DNA of 64,000 nucleotides, taken from assembly GCA_965204745.1 (NCBI GenBank), contig OZ242010.1, forward strand, positions 3,488,001 to 3,552,000, written 5' to 3'. Numbering within the stretch: position 1 is the first letter of the stretch; every line of letters starts with the position of its first letter. This stretch comes from Candidatus Latescibacterota bacterium (GTDB taxonomy: Bacteria > Latescibacterota > UBA2968). A program made the translations under genes and the position numbers. Below are positions 18,964 to 29,300 of the stretch, in pieces. Under the pieces are notes generated by a model. It saw only the letters and a list, made by a program, of their open reading frames with translations, was not told the DNA's origin and made no database searches.

Positions 18964-21403
18964 ATGAACACCACCAAACTCACATCTCTACTCATCGCGT
19001 TTCTCCTCATCGGACAAAGCCTTTGCGCGCAGGAGGGGGATTATCGCGCGCTTTGGGCGCGTGGCGCGTATTCCAAAGCGGTGGAAGTGCTCGCGCGCAG
19101 GCCCTATCTGTCGAGGTCTGTGCGATTGGAGTACGCCGCGTTGTTGGCCTTGACCGGGCGCGTCGATCGGGCCATCGAAGAATTGGAAGGCGGGCCTGCG
19201 AGCGCGCCGGATGTCACCTTGCGACCGATTGGCCGAATTGTATCGCAGGCGCGGGCGTCTGACCGATTATGAAAACGCGCTGATCCAAGCCGAGCGGCAG
19301 GTGCAGTTGTCTGCGGCGTATCGCAGGGATATGGACGATTTTCTCGCTGCAGCGCGGTTGCGCGAATTAAAGGGCGAGGATCCCAAATCCATCCTGCGCT
19401 TTTACAACTTGATGGCCCAGGTCTTTCCCAACAGCGCGTCCATTTTCGTTGCAGCGGGCGATCTGGCATTGGGCAAACGCGCGTTCGACGTCGCATCAGA
19501 GAAATACCGCGCCGCGCTCGCAGTGCATCCGGAAAACCAAGACGCCCTGGCCGGGCTGATGTGGTGCTATTACCATGCAGGCGATGACCGCGCAGCAGAA
19601 GTGATGGCGCAGCTCCTCGCGCTCAACCCCAACCATCCGCGGGCGCGCCGGTTGCAAGCCGAGCGATTTTTGGATCGCAATCAGGCGCGTGCCGCGCTCG
19701 AGGTGTTGGATGACATGTTGCTGATCGATCCGAACCACTTGGAAGCCCTCGGCCTCAAGGCAGCGGCGTTTTTCCTGTTGGACGACGAAGCGGCGATGCG
19801 AGAAGCGCGGGAGCGCGCATTGGCGTTTAACCCCTCTTTTTCCGGCGCGTTTCGCATTCCCGGGCGCATCGCATCCCGGCAATATCGCTTTGAAGAAGGC
19901 CGTGCGTTTCAAGAGCGCGCATTGGAAATTGACGCAGGCGATGTCGAGGCGCGCCTGCTCTTGGCCTACGATTTGTTGCGCTTGGGCAAAGACGCGGACG
20001 CGCGGCGCGAGTTGGAGCGGGTTTTTGCCGCGGATCCGTACAGCGTGCGGGCGTACAATCTGCTCGAAGCCGCGGACGCAATCGACGGGTTTGTCACCCT
20101 CTCGCACGGGATTTTCAAATTGCAACTGCCCAAGCGAGAGGCCGAAGTGATGTCAGACGGGTTGCTGGCACTGCTCGACGAAGCCGCGTCGCGTTATCAG
20201 CGCGACTACGAGATCGACCTGCGCGTGCCCGTGGTGGTGCAGGTGTTCGAGGATCACGACGTGTTTATGGTGCGCTCCGTCGGCCTGCCGGGCAATGCCG
20301 GGCATTTGGGGATTTGCTTTGGGCAACTCGTCACGATGGACTCGCCGCGCGCGCGTCCCCCCGGCACGATGAACTGGCAGCAGGTGTTGTGGCACGAGTT
20401 TGTGCACGTGATCACCTTGCAAAAGACCGGCAACCGCATACCGCGCTGGTTATCAGAGGGGATTTCCGTGTACGAAGAAACGCAAAAAGATGCGTCTTGG
20501 GGGCAAAAGCTAAGTCCGGGATTTGGGCAAATTGTGGATGGCGAAGGCTTGCCCGGTGCGGGCGATCTCGACCGGTTTTTCAGCCAGCCCCAAACCGCCG
20601 CGCACCTGATGTTTGGCTATTTTGCATCGGGCGAGTTCGTCTCGTTTTACATCGCGCAGTACGGCTTTGACGCGCTGCTCCTCGCGCTGGAACGCATCGG
20701 CGCGGGCGCGTCGGCGGTAGGAGCATTGAGAGAGGCGAGCGGGGTTTCCGCGCGGGTGATGGACGAGCGGTTTATGGAACATCTGGGCAACCGTTGCGCG
20801 CCGTTGCGCGTTGTGAATACGGCATTCCGCCAAAAATTGGACGCGGGCGCGAGGGCCGTTGCAGCGAAGAATTGGGAGGGCGCGGAACGACTTTTCCTCG
20901 AAGCACACGCCTTGTATCCGGATTACACCGCCGCGGACGCGCCATTGCGACAATGGGCAACGGCGAGCATCGCGCGCGGCGATCCCGCCTGGCAGCGCGA
21001 AGCACTCAAAAAATTGGTCGCCTGGGATGCCGCAGCCCATGACGCCTGCTTGACATTGAGCGCGTTTTACATGCAGGATAGGGATTGGACAAGCGCGAAG
21101 GATGTGCTGAACCGGGCCTTGGGCGTGCGTCCTTTTCACGTCGAGATGCTGAAACGCCGCGCCGAGGTTCACCGCTCGCTGGCGGATTGGGACGCGGCCA
21201 TTGCGGACTGGCGGCGGTTGATTTACTTGGACGCCCCGGCGCGCGCGGATCACCGCCTCAACTTGGCGAGGGCACTGGCGAAAAAGGGCGCGGTGGAAGC
21301 CGCAAAAGCCGAGGTGCTGTCCCTGTTGGAAACCGCGCCGCACTTTTGGGCCGCGCAAGAGATGCTGTTGCAACTGGTGGAGGCACGCGGAATAGGCGAA
21401 TAG
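18964..21403 (+). pseudogene. TPR-repeat protein with a peptidase MA (HExxH) domain, frameshifted near 19225
   Basis: Signal peptide in ORF 18964-19272; TPRs and HEFVH...WLSEG in ORF 19211-21403; the frames join at TTG CGA cCGA TTG GCC. Confidence 0.7.
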
Positions 21404-21419
21404 ACACTCCCCGCCCAAC

Positions 21420-21780
21420 CCCCTTCGGTGAGACGTAAGAGGGGAGAGGGGAGAGGTCAGTAAAACCAGTAGTCAGTAGTCAGTAGTCAGTAGTCAGTAG
21501 TCAGTCCCCGCCCATCCGCCTCCAAAACCCGCCGCACGTCGTAGGGGTGGGGCCCCGTGCCCGTCCGAAGAGACACTTCCCGCCCAACCCCCTTCGGTGA
21601 GACGTAAGAGGGGAGAGGCAAGGGGGAACAGTGAGGGGTTTTGCGAGAATGGGGGAAGGGATTTTTAATCGCTTTATCCCCTCGTACAACGCCATCAGAA
21701 CAGCTATTGATATAAGCCATCAAAGGAGCTTTACTCCCCTTTCCTCGTAGGAAAGGGGCCGGGGGATAGGTCCCCTCACC
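21420..21780. repeat. Composite repeat cluster: (CAGTAGT)n heptamers, a GTAG-type REP and GC-rich hairpin REPs
   Basis: Duplicated CCCCTTCGGTGAGACGTAAGAGGGGAGAGG at ~21420 and ~21590; heptamers 21467-21503; body homologous to the MITE-A interior. Confidence 0.7.
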
Positions 21781-21820
21781 CAACCCCAAACCACTATAAA
21801 CTTCAATGATGGGAGGCGCG

Positions 21821-22675
21821 ATGAAATGGATCTGGTTGCTGTGTTTGCCGATGCTGTTGATGCTCGACAGCGGTCTCGATGCCCAGCGCGGGCGCAGGTG
21901 GCGCGGGCCAATCGAGCGAATGCCGCGCGATATTTTCCCGAGCAATAGCTTTACGTTTTGCCGCATCGAGTATTCAAATTACGCCGGGGATGGCGATTGG
22001 GGCCGCAGGCGGCGCGGGAGTTGGGCCGTGGATTATCCCGATTCCGATGTGAATTTTTCCCTGCGCTTATCCCAAATTACGACCCTCAATGTCAATCGCA
22101 CAGCAGACGGACAGTTTCAACATGTGGTCGTGCGCTTGGATGATCCCGAGGTGTTCAAATACCCGTTTATTTACATGCTCGAAGTCGGGCGCATGGCCCT
22201 CAGCACGTCCGAGCAAGACGGGTTGCGCGATTATTTGCTGCGCGGCGGTTTTTTGCTCGTGGATGATTTTTGGGGCGACGAGGCGTGGCGAAACTGGGAG
22301 TACGAGATTTCCCAAGTGTTGCCGCCCGATGAGTTTCCCATGGTGGATATTCCGCTGGATCACGAGTTGTTCCACATCGTGTTCGACATCAAAGAGGTGC
22401 CGCAAGTGCCGGGCTTGGGCGGTTTCTGGGACTGGCAATCCACGGGCGTGACGTACGAAGGCTGGGCCGGGCGTTATGTCGAGTACGGTTCTGATGCGCG
22501 TTGTAAGGGCATTTTTGACCGCGATGGCCGGCTGATGGCCGTGGTGATGCACAACACGGATTTGGGCGACGGCTGGGAACGCGAGGGCGAAAACTACGAG
22601 TACTTCCGCAATTTCTCCGCACCCAAAGCGTATCCGATGGGGATCAACATCGTCGTGTACGCCATGACGCATTAG
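21821..22675 (+). CDS. DUF4159 domain protein
   Basis: WAVDYPDSD, YPFIYM, LRDYLLRGGFLLVDDFWG, NTDLGDGWE, MGINIVVYAMTH. Confidence 0.9.
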   Translation: MKWIWLLCLPMLLMLDSGLDAQRGRRWRGPIERMPRDIFPSNSFTFCRIEYSNYAGDGDWGRRRRGSWAVDYPDSDVNFSLRLSQITTLNVNRTADGQFQHVVVRLDDPEVFKYPFIYMLEVGRMALSTSEQDGLRDYLLRGGFLLVDDFWGDEAWRNWEYEISQVLPPDEFPMVDIPLDHELFHIVFDIKEVPQVPGLGGFWDWQSTGVTYEGWAGRYVEYGSDARCKGIFDRDGRLMAVVMHNTDLGDGWEREGENYEYFRNFSAPKAYPMGINIVVYAMTH

Positions 22676-22716
22676 GTCGTGTTGACATTCACCCGTGCGT
22701 GCCCAACCGCCCAACC

Positions 22717-23013
22717 GTGTCTGAATCGCGGATTAAACGGATTAGGGGATTACGCGGATTACCCCCCACAACCCTACCGCAAAACCTATCCCCCCGGCCC
22801 CCTTTCCTACAAGGAAAGGGGGAGCGCATGGCTTTCTTAAAGGGTTGTATCCCTGGCTGCTTTGATGGCTTTGGGCGAATGGAGCACGCCATAGAACCCC
22901 AAACCCCCCTCGCGCAATCCTTCGCAAAACCTTTCGCCATTCCCCCTTCCTCGCAGGCACAGGCGTAGCCTACAACGAAGCGTAGCGAGTAACGGGGCCA
23001 GGGGGTAGGTCCC
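22717..23013. repeat. Left arm of the inverted repeat flanking adhesin 1 (9-mer CGGATTA repeats plus hairpin REPs)
   Basis: Reverse-complement match to 33608-34084; direct match to 61741-62156. Confidence 0.8.
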
Positions 23014-23066
23014 CCTCGCATGCCTTCTCGCTTGACTGACCACCGATCCTATCGTCATTTTTTTGC

Positions 23067-23096
23067 TTGACAAATAATAGCGCGATTCCCTATATT
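23067..23096 (+). promoter_or_regulatory. Sigma70 promoter of adhesin locus 1
   Basis: TTGACA-18 nt-TATATT, conserved at 62198-62227. Confidence 0.75.
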
Positions 23097-23178
23097 TTTT
23101 TCGTTCACCATTGCGATTTTGAACGCGGAGAAAAAGCCGCGCCCGGTCTGTGCGACAGCTTTGCAAAGGAGGATTCAG

Positions 23179-23370
23179 ATGATCACCGCCATTTTCAGCC
23201 GCTGTTTGAACCTCATTTGGCGCTATGTTTTTCCCGCCTGTCCCACCGCGAAAATTGGCGTTCATGACGCCCATCTCCGTCTTGGAGCGCGGTTCTATTT
23301 TATTGCAAAACAATCTTTTAGGATGATCAGTACAGTGTACCCCCCCCCCCCCCCTCGGAGGGAGACTAAA
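23179..23370 (+). promoter_or_regulatory. Leader ORF (64 codons, AGGAGG SD) crossing a C15 tract (23340-23354), in frame with the adhesin
   Basis: AAAGGAGGATTCAG-ATG at 23179; poly-C directly before TCGGAGGGAGACTAAA-ATG (23371). Confidence 0.65.
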
Positions 23371-26300
23371 ATGGTGCGCTTTATTTTTCGTTTTCTGTCC
23401 CTTCCAACATGGATCGCCGTGTTGGTCATGCCCTTGCTGATCGCCCCCGCGACAGCGCAGATGACGCCCTCGAATACCGATACGACCCTCAGCGCGCTGA
23501 CCCTCGCGCCAGGCACTCTGCTTTCCACATTTGCATCCGATAAAACCACCTACGCATTTGCCGTTCAATCCGGCGCGACAGAGATCACCGTGACCGCGAC
23601 CCCAACCAATTCGGGGGCAACTGTCGCCATCACGCCGGCCGATGCCAACCCGGCCAGCGGCCACCAAGTCGACGTATCTACCCTGCCGGTCAGCATTCGC
23701 ATCGTGGTTTCCCCCGCTACGGGAACGACCACGCTGACCTATACGGTCTCTGCCGGCAATTTTACCGACTACGACACCGATGGCGACAACCTCATTGAAC
23801 TCGGTGCTGGGCAAACCGGGCTGGCGCAACTGCATGCCATGCGCTGGGACCTCAATGGCAATGGTTTCATAGACGCCAGTGCCACGACCAGCGATACGAC
23901 CGCCTACAATACCGCTTTCTCCAACCGGCCGCCGGGGATGGGTTGCGAGACCACCTGTATCGGCTACGAACTGACGGCGAACCTAAACTTTGACGAGAAC
24001 AACGACAACGAAATCACCGTAGCAGACACCACCTACTGGAACAGCGGCGCAGGCTGGGCGCCCATCGGCAGCAGTGCGACGAAATACACCGGCACCTTCC
24101 ACGGCAACGACAATACCATCTCCAACCTGTTTATTGACCGCTCTGCCGCCAGCAAAACCGGGCTATTCGGCTATGCCGAGGGCAACACGATCCGCAATTT
24201 GAGCCTGGTGAACGCCAATGTGACCGGCTCTGCTGAAACCGCCGTCCTTGTTGGCGAAGGCAACAATCTACAGCTCATGCACATCCGCGTCACCGGACGG
24301 GTCAGCGGGTTTGCACGAAGCGGCGGCTTGGTGGGCAGGCTGGCGCACGGCAACTCGACCATTACCGCCTGTCGTTCCGAGGTGGACGTCACTGGGTCTA
24401 ATATAAGCATCGGCGGCTTGGTGGGCTGGAGTAGCGGCACGATAACCGCTAGCTATGCTACCGGTGCAGTCAGCGGCGATGGTTACGTCGGCGGCCTGGT
24501 GGGCTTCCACGGCAACACCGGCAACCCAAAGGCCATCATACGCGCCAGCTATGCCACCGGCGTAGTCAGCGGCAACTCTGCCATCGGTGGCCTGGTCGGT
24601 GCCAACTTCTATTCCAGCACGATAACCGGTAGCTATGCCATCGGCCCGGTCAGTGCTAATTCACTGGTTGGTGGCTTGGTCGGTACCAACAATAATTCAT
24701 CAATTACCCACAGCTACTACGATAGAACCACCTCTAGACGTGGCGACACCGGACGCGGTGCTCCCCAGACCACCGCCGAGCTCCAAGGCCCCACGGGTTA
24801 TACCGGCATCTACATGACGAATTGGGACCTGAACCTGGACGGGCAACCGGGCGGCGATGATCCGTGGACCTTTGGCAAGACGGATCAGTATCCGGTGTTG
24901 AAGTATGCCGGCATGGACACCACCGCGCAGTATAACTTGCAACCGCCGAGCATTCCGACAAGTGTGACCGTGACGATAATAGCGGACACCTTGGACGTGC
25001 GGTGGCGTGGGGTGAGTGGTGCGACGGGGTACAAGGTGCAGTGGAAATCCGGCACGCAGAGCTACGATACCGCCTCGCGTGAGGCGACCGTCACGGGGAC
25101 GCGCCACAAGATTCCCAACTTGACGTTTGGGACGACCTACACAGTGCGTGTCATTGCCACCAAAATCGGTGTGCGCGATGGCACACCCTCAGCAGAGCAG
25201 ACCGGCGTTCGCCCCAGGCTGGGCAGTCCGACTGTGATGGTGGCGGCGAAGGTGGACACGCTGACCGTGACTTGGAATGCGGCGAACGGGGCGACCGGCT
25301 ACAAAGTGCAGTGGAAATCCGGGTCAGCGACTTATCCCACCTCCGATCTGGCGTTGGCCACGCGCGGGCAAGCCACAATCTCTGATGGGAGCACCACGAC
25401 CTACAAAATTTCTGGGCTGACCACAGGGACGACCTACACGATTCGCGTCATCGCCACGAGTACCAATATCAATGTAGCCGACAGTGCCCCTTCGGAGGAA
25501 GTCATGGTGACCTTGGCGACCACCAAACCCACCAATGTGCGCGTGACGCCGGGGCCGGTCCAACTCATTGTGGCTTGGACCGAGGCAACCGGCGCGACGG
25601 GCTACAAGGTGCAGTGGAAGTCCGGTGGACAAAGCTACAACACCTCTTCTCGCCAGGAGACGGTCTCTGGAGGGAGCACCACGACCTATACAATAGAGAA
25701 CCTGACTTTTGGCACGACCTACACGGTGCGCGTCACTGCTACCCTGGCAGGTGGGACCGATAGTAATCCCTCGGACGAGGTCATGGGCACGCCCCAAGGG
25801 ATCGATTACGATGGCGATGGCAATGGCCTCATCGATATTGAGACGCTGGCGCAACTGCATGCCATCCGCTGGGATCTCAACGGCGATGGTGCCATAGACG
25901 CAAGTGCCTCAACCAGCGATACGACCGCCTACAACGCCGCCTTTCCCAACCGAGACACCACCAGCAACGTCCGGATGGGTTGCCCTTCTGGGACCTGCAC
26001 CGGCTACGAACTGCTCAACAACCTAAATTTCGACACCGACGGGAGCGGGAGCGTAACCTCTGACGACACCTACCCCAACTGGACGCCCATCGGAGGCACC
26101 TACTCAACCACGTTCAAGGGCAATAACAAGACCATCTCCAACCTGCACATCAACCGTGGCAGTTGGGATTATGTTGGGCTGTTCGGCCGTGTCAGCGGCA
26201 ACATTTCCGGTCTGGGTCTGAAAAGTGTCAATGTAAGAGGCAGAAATCGAGTGGGTGGGTTGGTCGGTAATCAGGTAGGGGGTCGCATCCTGGGCTGTTT

Positions 26301-29300
26301 TGTCACAGGTCGCGTTGAGGGTACTGGTGACCATGTGGGCGGTTTAGCGGGTCGTTCAACCGGCAATAATACCGTCATCGCGGCCAGCTATGCCAATGCT
26401 ACGGTGAGTGGGACGAAGGAGAATGTCGGCGGTTTGGTGGGCGTCCTAGATGCTACGGTGATAGCGTCCTACGCCATCGGGCCGGTGACTGGATGGACGA
26501 GGGTAGGCGGTTTGGTGGGGCTCTTGGGCATTTCTCCTAGTTCGATTAAGACCAGCTATGCCACGGGGACAGTCACCGGGAGCCGACAATCATCCATCCA
26601 TCTAGGCGGATTGGTTGGGAGTGCACAATCCGGAGTGTCCCATAGTTACTGGGATAGGGAAAGTAGCGGTCACTCATCCAGTGCTGGTGGCACGAGCCAG
26701 ACCACCAGCGAGTTGCGGTCAGAAACGGACTACGACGGCATCTACGCCAACTGGAATGTGGATGTCGATGGCAGGCCTGGCAGTGACAACCCGTGGACCT
26801 TTGGTGCGGCGGATCAGTATCCCGTGTTGAAATATGCCGGCATGGACACCACCGCACAATTTGCAATGCAACCGCCGGGCATTCCGACCAGTGTGACCGT
26901 GACGGTGCAAGCGGACACCTTGGACGTGCGTTGGCGTGCGGCGAGTTATGCGACGGGGTACAAGGTGCAGTGGAAAGCCGGCGGGCAGAACTACGCCGTC
27001 TCGCGTCAGGCCATCACCACGGATACGCGCTACAAGATCGCCAACTTGATCGGCGGGACGACCTACACAGTGCGTGTCATTGCCACCAAGACCGGTGCGC
27101 GCGATGGCATGCCCTCGGCAGAGCAGACCGGCGTTCCCTCCGCACTGAGCAGACCGGCTGTGATGGTGGCGGCGGATGTGGACACGCTGACCGTGACTTG
27201 GAATGTGGTGAACGGGGCGACCGGCTACAAAGTGCAGTGGAAATCCGGGTCAGAGACTTATCCCAACGCCGATCTGGCGGCCGCCTTGCGCGGGCAAGCC
27301 ACCATCGTAGGCGGGGGCACCACGATCCACAAAATTTCTGGGCTGACCGCAGGGACGACTTACACGATTCGCGTCATCGCCACGAGTACCAATATCAATG
27401 TAGCCGACAGTGCCCCTTCGGAGGAAGTGACCGTGCTGGGCATTCCGGCTGTGATGGTGGTGGCGAAGGTGGACACGCTGACCGTGACTTGGAACGCGGT
27501 GGACGATGCAACCGGGTATAAGGTGCAGTGGAAATCCGGGTCAGAGACTTATCCCAACGCCGATCTGGCGTTGGCCACGCACGGGCAAGCCACTATCGCT
27601 GACGGGGGCACCACGACCTACGATATTTCTGGGCTGACCGCAGGGACGACCTACACGGTTCGCGTCATCGCCACGCGTACCAATATCAGTGCCCTCTCGG
27701 CAGAGCAGACCGGCGATCCCCTGTTGGGTAGCCCGACGGGTGTGGATGTGAGTGCGAAGGTGGACACGCTAACCGTGACTTGGAATGTGGTGGACGATGC
27801 AACCGGGTATAAGGTGCAGTGGAAATCCGGGTCAGCGACTTATCCCGTCTCCGATCTGGCGTCCGTCACGCACGGGCATGCCACAATCTCTGACGGAGGC
27901 ACCACGACCTACGATATTTCTGGGCTGACCGCAGGGACGACCTACACGGTTCGCGTCATCGCCACGCGTACCAATGTAGCCGACAGTACCCCCTCGGAGG
28001 AAGTGACCGGCGTTCCTCTGCTGGGCAGTCCGGCTGTGATGGTGGCGGCGAAGGTGGACACGCTGACCGTGACTTGGAATGTGGTGGACGATGCAACCGG
28101 GTATAAGGTGCAGTGGAAGTCCGGGTCAGAGACTTATCCCGCCGCCGATGAGCAGTCCGCCACGCGCGGGCAAGCCACCATCGCAGGCGGGAACACCACG
28201 ATCCACAAAATTTCTGGGCTGACCGCAGGGACGACCTACACGGTTCGCGTCATCGCCACGCGTACCAATGTAGCCGACAGTGCCCCCTCGGAGGAAGTCA
28301 TGGTGACCTTGGCGACCACCAGGCCCACCAATGTGCGCGTGACGCCGGGGCCGGGCCAACTCATTGTGCGTTGGACCGAGGCAACCGGCGCGACGGGCTA
28401 CAAGGTGCAGTGGAAGTCCGGTGGACAAAGCTACAACACCTCTTCTCGCCAGGAGACGGTCTCTGGGATGAGCACCACGACCTACACGATAGAGAACCTG
28501 ACGCTTGGCACGACCTACACGGTGCGCGTCATTGCTATCCTGTCAGGTGGGATGGATAGCACGCCCTCGGACGAGGTCATGGGCACGCCCTCAGGGATCA
28601 ATTACGACAGCGATGGCGATGGCCTCATCGACATTAAGACGCTGGCGCAACTGCATGCCATCCGCTGGGATCTCAACGGCGATGGTGCTGTGGACGCAAG
28701 TGCCTCGTCCAGCGATACGACCGCCTACAACGCCGCCTTTCCCTACCGAGACACCACCAGCAACGTCCGGATGGGTTGCCCTTCCGGAACCTGCACCGGC
28801 TACGAACTGCTCAACAACCTCGACTTCGACACCGACGGGAGCGGGAGCGTAACCTCTGACGACACCTACCCCAACTGGTCGCCCATCGGAGGCACCTACT
28901 CGGCAACGTTCAAGGGCAATAACAAGACGATCTCCAACCTGCACATCAACCAGGGCAGTTGGAATGATGTTGGGCTGTTCTCCCGTGTCAGCGGCAACAT
29001 TTCCGGTCTGGGGCTGAAAAATGTCAATGTAAGAGGCAGAGAACGAGTGGGTGGGTTGGTCGGTAATCAGGTGGGAGGCCGCATCCTGGGCTGTTTTGTC
29101 ACGGGTCGCGTTGAGGGTACTCGTAACTCTGTGGGCGGTTTAGCGGGTGAATCAAGCGGCAATAATACCGTCATCGCGGCCAGCTATGCCAATGCTGTGG
29201 TCTCCGTAGGGCATATTCGTGCAGGGGCCGGCGGTTTGGTGGGCAAACTAAGTGCTACGGTGATAGCGTCCTACGCCATCGGGCCGGCGAGTGGACATTC

